Shown here piece after piece: positions 8,846-16,329 of a DNA stretch of 38,989 bases. The notes below the pieces were generated by a model. It had not been told where the DNA came from. It saw only the letters and a list, made by a program, of their open reading frames with translations, and searched no databases. The stretch comes from Burkholderiales bacterium (lineage in GTDB: Bacteria > Pseudomonadota > Gammaproteobacteria > Burkholderiales > SG8-39). Numbering within the stretch: the first letter of the stretch is position 1; every line of letters begins with the position of its first letter. The stretch spans positions 1 through 38,989 of the forward strand of contig DATAHF010000187.1 in NCBI GenBank assembly GCA_036263315.1, in the 5' to 3' direction. The translations under genes were made by a program, and so were the position numbers.

Positions 8846-9248
8846 GCAGTACCCCATCCCAGAGCACGAAATCGAGATCACCGCGGTCCGCTCGGCGGGC
8901 GCCGGCGGCCAGAACGTCAACAAGGTCTCGAGCGCGATCCACCTGAGGTTCGACGTCGCGGCCTCCTCGCTTCCCGAGGCGGTCAAGGCCCGTCTGCTCG
9001 CGCGCAGCGACAGCCGCCTCACGAAAGACGGGGTGATCGTCATCAAGGCGCAGCAGCATCGCAGCCAGGACATGAACCGGGCCGAGGCCTTGCGCCGGCT
9101 CCACGAGATGGTGGGGGAGGCCGCGAGGGCGCCCAAGCCGAGGCGGGCGACCCGTCCCACGAAAGCGTCAAAGAAACGGCGGCTGGAGGCGAAACTCCGC
9201 CACGGGCGGATCAAGCAACTGCGGAAAGCCGTCCGGGAGGACGGCTAG
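8844..9248 (+). CDS. arfB: Alternative ribosome-rescue factor ArfB (YaeJ-type peptidyl-tRNA hydrolase)
   Basis: 134 aa with the GGQ motif in RSAGAGGQNVNKVSSAIHLRF and a basic C-terminal tail PKPRRATRPTKASKKRRLEAKLRHGRIK, matching the ArfB architecture. Confidence 0.9.
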   Translation: MQYPIPEHEIEITAVRSAGAGGQNVNKVSSAIHLRFDVAASSLPEAVKARLLARSDSRLTKDGVIVIKAQQHRSQDMNRAEALRRLHEMVGEAARAPKPRRATRPTKASKKRRLEAKLRHGRIKQLRKAVREDG

Positions 9249-9257
9249 GCCAACCCC

Positions 9258-9578
9258 TTAGAGGTCGTCCCGGCGGGACGGAATCGAGATTCCAGCCGGA
9301 ATGTCCTCGCGCGGGGTCGAAGCCACGTGCGCGTCGACCGGCTGCGGCGGCGTCGAGCCCTTTTTGGGCCGGCCCGGGCGGTAGAACACCTGGAACGGCT
9401 TGAGCGGCGGCACCACGGGCGGCTTCTCGAGGTAGCGGCAGTCGGATTCGGTGGGCATGCTCGCCGTGGCGCCGATGCGACGGCCGCCGACGAAAACCGT
9501 GTAGCGAAGCATGTGCGCGGAGCCCGGGATCGGACGGGCGACGATTTCGTACTTACCGATCATGAAGCGCTGGAGCAT
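9258..9578 (-). CDS. Hypothetical protein (106 aa, Pro-rich C-terminus)
   Basis: ATG-initiated ORF with GC3-rich codon usage and no competing ORF with recognisable signatures. I recognise no family. Confidence 0.5.
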   Translation of the reverse strand: MLQRFMIGKYEIVARPIPGSAHMLRYTVFVGGRRIGATASMPTESDCRYLEKPPVVPPLKPFQVFYRPGRPKKGSTPPQPVDAHVASTPREDIPAGISIPSRRDDL

Positions 9579-9634
9579 AGACGAGCATTATCTCACGAAA
9601 ACATTCCCCAGAGCCCTGTTTTTCAATATTTATT

Positions 9635-10357
9635 TCACTTGAGGTCGAGCTCGGGGTAGTGCCGGAAAATGCCCTGCTGGTTGAAGGGCAGGCGCCGGTC
9701 CGAGGCAAGGTAGCGGGCGATTGCCGGACGCTCGGCGACCCGGTCATGCAGGGCTGCCAGACGGGGATATTCCTTTTCCAGACCGCGCATTGCCCTCGGA
9801 AAGGCGTAGCGCATCCCCTGCACCATCTGGAAGAGGGAGAGGTCGGCGTAGCAGGCGCGGCGCCCGAGCAGGTAGCCTCCCCGGGGCAAAAGACCCTCGA
9901 AGTAATTCAGGTATTTGGGCGCCCGATTGACCAGGAAGTCCGCCGCCCGGCGCTTCGATTCGGCCTTCTGTTCCTCGTAGTAAAGCCCCGATCCGATCGG
10001 ATGGTGGACATCGTGCGCCTCGCCGAGCCAGTCGGCGATCGTCAGCTGCGCCTGATGCACTTGGAGGCGGCCAGCCTCGCTTGAAGGGGCAAGGCGCAGG
10101 CGCGGTCCGAGGTAAAGCAGGATGTTGGCCGTTTGCGCGATCAGCCGCCGGCCCGAGACGAGAAAAGGCGGCGCAAACGGGGGATTCTTCTTCTGCCCGA
10201 GCAGCCGCTCCATCTCGGCCATGCCGCCCGGGTGGCGCGCCACGTCTTCGTAAGGGGCGCCCGCATCCTCGAGCGCGAGCCGCACGAACTCGCCCCGGCC
10301 CTGGATGCCGGGCCAGTAATAAAGAAGGTAGCGGGCCCGCGTTTTTCCGAGGCTCAG
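9635..10357 (-). CDS. Glutathione S-transferase family protein (start codon unresolved)
   Basis: GST-like N-domain (RYLLYYWPGIQGRGEFVRLALEDAGAPYEDV) and C-domain (ADLSLFQMVQGMRYAFP, LAALHDRVAERPAIARYL). No ATG/GTG/TTG lies just upstream of the N-domain. Coordinates use CTG 10357; the next canonical start is GTG 10285. Confidence 0.7.
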   Translation of the reverse strand: MSLGKTRARYLLYYWPGIQGRGEFVRLALEDAGAPYEDVARHPGGMAEMERLLGQKKNPPFAPPFLVSGRRLIAQTANILLYLGPRLRLAPSSEAGRLQVHQAQLTIADWLGEAHDVHHPIGSGLYYEEQKAESKRRAADFLVNRAPKYLNYFEGLLPRGGYLLGRRACYADLSLFQMVQGMRYAFPRAMRGLEKEYPRLAALHDRVAERPAIARYLASDRRLPFNQQGIFRHYPELDLK

Positions 10358-10923
10358 AAGGGGTTGTAGGTCTTCTTCGGCGTGTAGTGCATGTAGCCGA
10401 CGCTCGCCCCGGCGCGCAGGCCGACGCCGAGGCGGATCGGCGCGAGCACGATGCCGTTCCTCTGCTGGTAGTTCATGCCGACGCCGCCCACGAAGTAGAG
10501 GCTTCCGTCCACGCCGGGGAAGCGCTGGAACATCGCGCTCGGCTTGGGCAGGTGATAGACGAGGATGAAGACCTTGGAGAGGTTCGCGCCCGCGTCGAAG
10601 CCGATCGAGGGGCCCGTCCACCACACGTGGCGCGAGCCCATGCTCTTGGTGACGAGCTCGCCGTCGCCGTAGCGCAGGCCGACGGTTAGCGCCGCGGCGC
10701 CCTCGTTGCCCTTGATGTAGCCGTTCGGCCGGCCGTGGTCGGCGAAGGCCTTCTCGATCACCTTGGCGAGGCCCTCGGTGTTCTTGCCGAAGAAGCCCTC
10801 GGCGTCCCGAAGGACCGAATCCTTGTCGTAGGTGCCGCTTTCGTTCTGCTTTTTATCTTCCGCGTAGCTGAACGAAAACAAGCCGAGCGCGAGAACGAAA
10901 ATCAGCAGCAGGCGCGTTTTCAT
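10354..10923 (-). CDS. Secreted DUF1134/EipA-like protein
   Basis: Signal peptide MKTRLLLIFVLALGLFSFSYA, then a Gly-rich beta-type sequence (NGYIKGNEGAAAL, WWTGPSIGFDAG, PIRLGVGLRAG, C-terminal TYNPF). I recall this as DUF1134-like, from memory and not from a search. Confidence 0.7.
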   Translation of the reverse strand: MKTRLLLIFVLALGLFSFSYAEDKKQNESGTYDKDSVLRDAEGFFGKNTEGLAKVIEKAFADHGRPNGYIKGNEGAAALTVGLRYGDGELVTKSMGSRHVWWTGPSIGFDAGANLSKVFILVYHLPKPSAMFQRFPGVDGSLYFVGGVGMNYQQRNGIVLAPIRLGVGLRAGASVGYMHYTPKKTYNPF

Positions 10924-10938
10924 GGCGCCACTTTACAC

Positions 10939-11295
10939 CTATCCCAGCCAGGCGAGGGCGGCGCCGACGTCGCGGAAATTCTTCACGTTGAGCCCGCGGT
11001 TCTCGGCCACCATGTCGATCATGTCGTTCGCCTCGAAGAAGCCGGGCGTGTGGTGAACGAGCGCGATGCGGTGCTCGGGCGTGAGGCCGAGCGAGGGCAG
11101 GCGCTCGACCAGCATGAACTGGCCGGTGCCGCTGAGCGGCACTTTCTGCGAGAGCTCGATCAGGATGCGCTTGAGGCCGAGGCGGCGGGCCTCGGTCATA
11201 ATCGCCTCGCAGACCTGGAAGGGCGGGCGCGTCGTGTCGCGACCCCACACCTTGGCGTGCAGCAGGTCGGCCTTGGGCTCGAGAGTGAATTGCAT
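10939..11295 (-). CDS. Small STAS/SpoIIAA-like domain protein (hypothetical)
   Basis: Only the last 118 codons of track ORF 10939..13254 look coding (MQFTLEPKADLLHAKVWG...NFRDVGAALAWLG). The upstream part is antisense to the epoxide hydrolase and DMT genes. Confidence 0.6.
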   Translation of the reverse strand: MQFTLEPKADLLHAKVWGRDTTRPPFQVCEAIMTEARRLGLKRILIELSQKVPLSGTGQFMLVERLPSLGLTPEHRIALVHHTPGFFEANDMIDMVAENRGLNVKNFRDVGAALAWLG

Positions 11296-11343
11296 GGGCA
11301 AAAAAACGCGCGATGCTAGCACGGATACTTTAGGGTTAAAACG

Positions 11344-12441
11344 ATGAAGCCCGAATCTTTTCGCCTCGCTGTGCCGGATTCCTCGCTCGCCGAGCTGCGC
11401 GAGCGTTTGAAACATGCGCGCTGGCCCGACGAGCCGCCGCTCGAGCCGTGGTCGACCGGCACGAGCCTCGCGTACATGAAGGAGCTCGCCGCGTACTGGC
11501 GGGAGCGCTTCGACTGGCGCGCGTGGGAAGCGAGGCTGAACGCGTTCCCGCAGTACAAGGCGAAGGTTTCCGGCATCGATCTGCACTTCATCCACCTGCC
11601 GTCGAAGAAGAAGAACGCGCTGCCGTTGCTTTTGTCTCACGGCTGGCCGGGCTCGCTCTTCGAGTTCCACAAGCTCCTGCCGATGCTCGCCGAGGAGTTC
11701 ACGGTGGTCGCGCCCTCGCTGCCGGGCTACGGGCTCTCGTTCGCGCCCGGGCAGCGGCGCTTCGGCGCCGAGGACATGGCCGACTGCTTCGCCGAGCTGA
11801 TGAGCCTGCTCGGCTACGAGCGCTTCGGCGCGCAGGGCGGCGACTGGGGTGCTTCGATCAGCTCGCTGCTCGCGGTGAGGCACGCGCAACGCCTCATCGG
11901 CATTCATTTGAATTTGCTGATGGTGCGGCGGGAGCCGAAACTCGTCGATGACCCGGTCTATCTGCAGCAGTTGAACCACTTCCTGAAAGAAGAGGCAGGC
12001 TACCAGGCCATTCAAGGGACGAAGCCTCAGACGCTCGCGTACGGGCTTTCGGACTCGCCTGTCGGGCTCCTCGCCTGGATCGCCGAGAAGTTCCGCACCT
12101 GGAGCGATTGCGGCGGTGTGATCGAAAACGCGATCAGCCGCGACGAGCTGCTCGCCAACGTGTCGCTCTACTGGTTCACCGGCGCGATCGGCTCGTCCTT
12201 CTGGCCGTACTACGCGCGGCTGCACGGCGGCTGGCCGATTCCCGAGGGCTCGGTGAAGGTGCCGACCGGCTACGCCCAGTTCCCGAAGGAGATCCTCACG
12301 CCGCCGCGCGCGCTCGCCGCGAAGACCTATACCGACATCCGCCGCTGGAGCGTGATGCCCAAAGGCGGGCACTTCGCCGCCCTGGAGCAGCCTGAGGCGC
12401 TCGCCCGCGAAGTGAAGGCGTTCTTCAGCGAAATAGCGTAA
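11344..12441 (+). CDS. Epoxide hydrolase (alpha/beta hydrolase with N-terminal EHN domain)
   Basis: 365 aa with HGWPGS, nucleophile segment GGDWGA and an EH N-terminal domain (FRLAVPDSSLAELRERLKHARWPDE). Confidence 0.92.
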   Translation: MKPESFRLAVPDSSLAELRERLKHARWPDEPPLEPWSTGTSLAYMKELAAYWRERFDWRAWEARLNAFPQYKAKVSGIDLHFIHLPSKKKNALPLLLSHGWPGSLFEFHKLLPMLAEEFTVVAPSLPGYGLSFAPGQRRFGAEDMADCFAELMSLLGYERFGAQGGDWGASISSLLAVRHAQRLIGIHLNLLMVRREPKLVDDPVYLQQLNHFLKEEAGYQAIQGTKPQTLAYGLSDSPVGLLAWIAEKFRTWSDCGGVIENAISRDELLANVSLYWFTGAIGSSFWPYYARLHGGWPIPEGSVKVPTGYAQFPKEILTPPRALAAKTYTDIRRWSVMPKGGHFAALEQPEALAREVKAFFSEIA

Positions 12442-13321
12442 CCGCCGCGACGCCCGCGGCGAGCAGCGCCATGCCGGTGAGCTCGCGCCGCGACAGGCGC
12501 TCGCGAAAGAGCTTGAGCGAGACGAGGTAGCTGAAGACGAGCTCGACGAGGCCGAGCGTGCGCACGTGCGCGGCGGGCTGGAGCGCAAAGGCCGTGAACC
12601 ACCCCGCCGAAGCGGCGGCGCCCATGAAGCCGGCGAGCACCGAGGGCCGCGAGAGTCTCGCCGCGCGCGCCACGGTCGGCGGACTCTTGAAGAGAAGAAA
12701 GCCGCCGAGCAGCACGGTCTGCATCGCCTGCGCAATGACGAGCGTGAAGGCGGCCGCGAGGAGGAAGCCCGCGCCGGAGAGCGCGAGCGCCGCGCCGCGG
12801 TAGCCGACCGAAGCGAGCGCGAAGCCCGCGCCCGAGGCGAGCCCGAGGAGGGCCGGCCCCGTTGCCCACCCGAGCTTGACGCCGCCCGGCGTGAGCATGA
12901 GCACGCCCGCGGTGCCCAGGGCGACCGCGATGCCGAGCGGGATCGTGAGCGGATCGCCGAGGAACACGAACGCGAAGATGGCGACCTGCAGGACCTCGCT
13001 CTTGGAATAGGCGACCCCGAGCGCGAAGTTGCGCTCCTCCATGACCCGCAGCAGCAGCGCCGTGGCGACGATCTGGGTGACGGCGCCGAGAAGCACCCAG
13101 AGCAGGAACGGCGAATTGATTTCAGGAAGCTTTTCGTGGACGAACGCTTGAACCGCGAAAAGCCAGACGACGGCAAAAGGCAAGCCGTAGAGGAACCGGA
13201 CCCAGGTCGCGCCCAGCGTCCCGAGCTCGGCCGTAAGGCTGCGCTGCGCGGCATTCCTCACGGTCTGGGCGAACGCCGCCCAGACGGTAATCGGGATCCA
13301 CCACCAGTCGGCGGGGCTCAA
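12425..13321 (-). CDS. EamA/DMT-family transporter
   Basis: ~10 predicted TM helices and a duplicated EamA-like organisation. Start is TTG 13321 (no upstream ATG). The 3' end overlaps the convergent epoxide hydrolase by 17 nt. Confidence 0.85.
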   Translation of the reverse strand: MSPADWWWIPITVWAAFAQTVRNAAQRSLTAELGTLGATWVRFLYGLPFAVVWLFAVQAFVHEKLPEINSPFLLWVLLGAVTQIVATALLLRVMEERNFALGVAYSKSEVLQVAIFAFVFLGDPLTIPLGIAVALGTAGVLMLTPGGVKLGWATGPALLGLASGAGFALASVGYRGAALALSGAGFLLAAAFTLVIAQAMQTVLLGGFLLFKSPPTVARAARLSRPSVLAGFMGAAASAGWFTAFALQPAAHVRTLGLVELVFSYLVSLKLFRERLSRRELTGMALLAAGVAAVTLFR

Positions 13322-13342
13322 GGGGGGGGCTAGGCCCGGGCC

Positions 13343-13810
13343 TTACTTGCGGGGGGCCGGGTGGATGTTGTCCACCCAGTGCACTTCTTCGGGCTTCTCG
13401 ACGACGGGGATGTCGAGGTTCACGACCACGGGCTCCTGGCCGCTGCGGCAGAGGACGCAGGAGAGCGGCTCGGTGTCGCTTGCGTTGATTTCCTGGTGGG
13501 GCACGTACGGCGGCACATAGATGAAGTCGCCCGGGCCGGCTTCGGCGACGAATTCGAGCTGCTCGCCCCAGCGCATGCGCGCCTTGCCGGAGACGACGTA
13601 GATCACGCTCTCGACCGGGCCGTGGTGGTGCGCGCCGGTTTTCGCCCTGGGATGGATGACCACGGTGCCCGCCCACAGCTTCTCGGCGCCGGCGCGTGCG
13701 CGCGTGATCGCCGCGGCGCGGTTCATGCCGGGCGTTTGCGGGGTGTTGATGTCGAGCTCGTTCGCATGGACGACGCGAACGCCCGAGAGCTTCCATTTCG
13801 AGTCGGCCAT
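13343..13810 (-). CDS. Cupin-domain protein
   Basis: 155 aa. Cupin motifs G(A)HHHGPVESVIYVVSG and GDFIYVPPYVPHQEIN. Confidence 0.85.
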   Translation of the reverse strand: MADSKWKLSGVRVVHANELDINTPQTPGMNRAAAITRARAGAEKLWAGTVVIHPRAKTGAHHHGPVESVIYVVSGKARMRWGEQLEFVAEAGPGDFIYVPPYVPHQEINASDTEPLSCVLCRSGQEPVVVNLDIPVVEKPEEVHWVDNIHPAPRK

Positions 13811-13842
13811 GGCGCTACCTCACCGGGCCGAATTTACCTTAC

Positions 13843-14475
13843 TCAGCGCTGCGGGGGCGGAGCGGAGGAATGGCGCGGCATGCGGTCGTCATCGCGCCGC
13901 GCCTGCGCGGGCGGGACATCGTCCTGCCTTGCCTGCGGGGGCGGCGGCTGCCGGCCCTGCGCGATGTCCTCGTTGGCGAAGCGCTGCACGAGCGCGTAGA
14001 AGCCCTGGTAGAACTTGGGATCCTGGATGGTCTCGCGCGACTGCACCGAGAGCCGCTTCTCGGAGCCCGAGGGCAGGCTCAGCGTGAACACGCTGATGCC
14101 GGTCGTGGTCGAGTAGCCCACCTTCTGCAGCGTGCTGATCTCGCGCGAGGCGGTGGCGAACACGGTGCTCGTGCCGTCGCGGTTGTCCACGCAGGTCGCC
14201 TGCATGCGCTGCGTGATGTTGGTTTCTTCGTCCTTCTGCGTATCCTTGTAGCCGCTCATGACGAGCGAATCGGCGCTGCGCTCGAGCATGTAGCCCTGCG
14301 TGAGGAAGGCGCGCTTCACGGCCCAGCACACGTTCTCGCCCGGTCCTTTCACGCGCTGACTGTAAGGCGTGTCGGCGCGGAATTCCTCCTTCACGACCTT
14401 CTTGCCGCCGCAGCCGCCGAGGATGACAAGCGCGGGCAACGCAACGGCGAGCAACACCTTCGCATGTGTGGCCAT
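13843..14475 (-). CDS. Putative lipoprotein with a Pro/Gln/Arg-rich tail
   Basis: MATHAKVLLAVALPALVILGGC has a lipobox (ILGG|C). ATG 14475 is preferred over ATG 14502. Confidence 0.7.
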   Translation of the reverse strand: MATHAKVLLAVALPALVILGGCGGKKVVKEEFRADTPYSQRVKGPGENVCWAVKRAFLTQGYMLERSADSLVMSGYKDTQKDEETNITQRMQATCVDNRDGTSTVFATASREISTLQKVGYSTTTGISVFTLSLPSGSEKRLSVQSRETIQDPKFYQGFYALVQRFANEDIAQGRQPPPPQARQDDVPPAQARRDDDRMPRHSSAPPPQR

Positions 14476-14631
14476 GGGAGTTGGGGTCCGCCGCGGATGC
14501 AAAAGTTCCGGAGCGGGTCCGGCGCGCTCATGCAGTGCAAACGACCCTTGGCGTCACACAATGCTCGATGGGGTCGCCCTCGAACGACGCGGCGCGGCCG
14601 GAAGCGTACGTAGGCGATTGATTTTCCTCGG

Positions 14632-14646
14632 TGGCATGTGCTTTGC
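14632..14646 (+). promoter_or_regulatory. Candidate sigma-54 (RpoN) -24/-12 promoter
   Basis: TGGCAT-GTGCT-TTGC has the consensus GG/GC spacing of TGGCAC-N5-TTGC. It lies 36 nt upstream of ATG 14682, which is preceded by AAGGAG. Confidence 0.45.
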
Positions 14647-14681
14647 GGCTTGGCAGGCGTTGTACCCACAAGGAGACTGAT

Positions 14682-15635
14682 ATGCAAAGGCAACGTCATA
14701 CCTTGCTGTCACTCGCAGTATGCGCCGCGCTCGGCGGCGCGCTGCCTGCGGTCTACGCGCAGACGCAGGACCGCTCGTCCGACACGCGCTCCGACCAGAG
14801 CACGCAGGACAGGCAGTCCAACGCGCGGCCCGAGGCCCAACAGGGCACCGAGCGCGACCGGTTCCTCTGGGACCGGAACGAGTACCGCGACCGGCAGGAC
14901 ATCGCGTCGAACCGCCAGGACACGCGCCACGCCTCGTGGAGGAACGGCGATCACGACAACGGCTGGCATAACGGCTGGAGCGGGAATGACAACGGCTTGC
15001 ACAACGGCTGGCGCGACCACGACCATGACAAATGGCGCGATCACGACGGCTGGCGCAAGCACGGCGATTTCCGCGGCGACTTCCGCGATATCCGGAATAA
15101 CGCCGAGATCCGGGGCGACTTCCGCGAGATCCGCGAGGACCGCGCCGAATTGCAGCGCGACCTCGCCGAGCGTGCGGCCAACCGCGACCAGCTGAAGGTC
15201 GCGCTCGGCACCAACGACCGTGACGGCATCGCCTGGGAGCGGGGCCAGATCCGCGAGAACAACCGCGAGATCCGGCAGGACCGCCGGGAGCTGCGGGGCG
15301 ACTTCCGCGAGTTGCGCTCGGACTTCCGCGACGTGCGGAACGACCGGCATGACTTCGATCGCCACGATGGCGACCATCGCTTCGGCGAGCACCACGGCGA
15401 CCATCGCTTCGGCGACCGCGACCGCCATCGTGACGTAAGGCACGTCGATTTCAGGCACGACTCGCACGATCGGCGCGACTTCGGTCACGACCGCGGCGAA
15501 CGCCACGGGTTCGACCGCAACAGCCACGACCGGCGCGACTTCGGCCACGACCGGGGCCACAACGGCCGCAGCACGGAGTTCACCCACAAGGATGACACCC
15601 GCGTGAAAGCGGACGCGAAAGTGGCGTCGAAGTAG
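14682..15635 (+). CDS. Secreted His/Asp/Arg-rich tandem-repeat protein (no recognised family)
   Basis: AAGGAG SD, then signal peptide MQRQRHTLLSLAVCAALGGALPAVYA|Q. The mature part has no Cys and carries NGW repeats, five GDFR/SDFR-x-(I/L/V)R units, HDGDHRFGEHHGDHRFGD and two SHDRRDFGHDRG units. Confidence 0.75.
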   Translation: MQRQRHTLLSLAVCAALGGALPAVYAQTQDRSSDTRSDQSTQDRQSNARPEAQQGTERDRFLWDRNEYRDRQDIASNRQDTRHASWRNGDHDNGWHNGWSGNDNGLHNGWRDHDHDKWRDHDGWRKHGDFRGDFRDIRNNAEIRGDFREIREDRAELQRDLAERAANRDQLKVALGTNDRDGIAWERGQIRENNREIRQDRRELRGDFRELRSDFRDVRNDRHDFDRHDGDHRFGEHHGDHRFGDRDRHRDVRHVDFRHDSHDRRDFGHDRGERHGFDRNSHDRRDFGHDRGHNGRSTEFTHKDDTRVKADAKVASK

Positions 15636-15655
15636 TCATTGGAAGGCGTTTGGGT

Positions 15656-15677
15656 CCCCGGGGCTGCGGCCCCGGGG
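15656..15677 (+). terminator. GC-rich hairpin after the repeat-protein gene (no clear U-tract)
   Basis: CCCCGGGG-CTGCGG-CCCCGGGG, followed by CCTTGCTT. Confidence 0.35.
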
Positions 15678-15708
15678 CCTTGCTTAGCGGAAAGGCAGGA
15701 AACCTGTG

Positions 15709-16329
15709 ATGCAGCTCGTCAAGTCAGGAAGCGCGACCGAGTTCCAGATCCCCGACCTGCCGTACCCGGTCGACGCGCTCGAGCCCGTGCTCTCGCGCGA
15801 GACCCTCGAGTATCACTACGGCGCGCACCACCTCGGCTACGTGGAGAAGCTGAACGGCCTCGTCGCCGGCACGCGCCTCGAGCACGCCACGCTCGAGCAG
15901 ATCGTGCGCACCTCGACCGGCGCCGTGTTCAACAATGCGGCGCAGGTGTGGAACCACAACTTCTACTGGGATTGCATGGCGCCGCAGGGCGCGCGCGGCG
16001 CGGGTTCCGGCCCTCAGGGCGACCTCGCCACGCGCCTTGCCTCGACCTTCGGCTCCTTCGAGAGCTTCAAGGAGGTCTTCAAGCGCCACGCCGTGCAGAA
16101 ATTCGGCTCGGGCTGGACTTGGCTCGTGAAGACGGGCGACGGCCTGCTCGTCGTGCGCAACACCGATGACGCCGACACGCCGATTCGCACCAACGAGACG
16201 CCGCTCCTCACCTGCGACGTGTGGGAGCACGCGTACTACGTCGATTACCGCAATGACCGCGCCAAGTACGTCGACGCGTTCATGAGCATCGTCAACTGGA
16301 AGTTTGTGGAAGGAAACCTGAAGCCATGA
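15709..16329 (+). CDS. sodB: Iron superoxide dismutase
   Basis: Ligand and signature segments YHYGAHH, FNNAAQVWNHNFYW (Fe-type AAQxWNH) and DVWEHAYY. ATG 15709 follows an in-frame GTG at 15706. Confidence 0.93.
   Translation: MQLVKSGSATEFQIPDLPYPVDALEPVLSRETLEYHYGAHHLGYVEKLNGLVAGTRLEHATLEQIVRTSTGAVFNNAAQVWNHNFYWDCMAPQGARGAGSGPQGDLATRLASTFGSFESFKEVFKRHAVQKFGSGWTWLVKTGDGLLVVRNTDDADTPIRTNETPLLTCDVWEHAYYVDYRNDRAKYVDAFMSIVNWKFVEGNLKP

Noticed and set aside
9635-10624. Full-length 329-aa track ORF as the GST gene
   Set aside because: Using the 10624 start would overlap 270 nt of the well-supported upstream DUF1134-like gene and add an Arg/Pro-rich, non-GST N-terminal extension. The start problem is reported as a finding instead.
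11296-13254. Upstream ~650 codons of the 771-aa minus-strand track ORF 10939..13254
   Set aside because: The translation is Ser/Arg/Pro/Ala-rich nonsense, antisense or out of frame to the epoxide hydrolase and DMT genes. Only the last 118 codons (10939-11295) look like a real protein.
14651-14664. Second sigma-54-like element TGGCAGGCGTTGTA, just downstream of the first
   Set aside because: The TTG(C/T) element sits 2 nt too close to the GG and the GC dinucleotide is missing. Only the 14632-14646 element fits the -24/-12 spacing.
15040-15560. Direct nucleotide repeats (GACTTCCGCGA units and the 29-nt repeat with 60-nt period) considered as a CRISPR-like or satellite array
   Set aside because: The repeats are in frame inside a GC3-biased ORF and encode the GDFR and SHDRRDFGHDRG peptide repeats. 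Their spacing and length do not fit CRISPR repeat-spacer architecture, and no cas genes are present.
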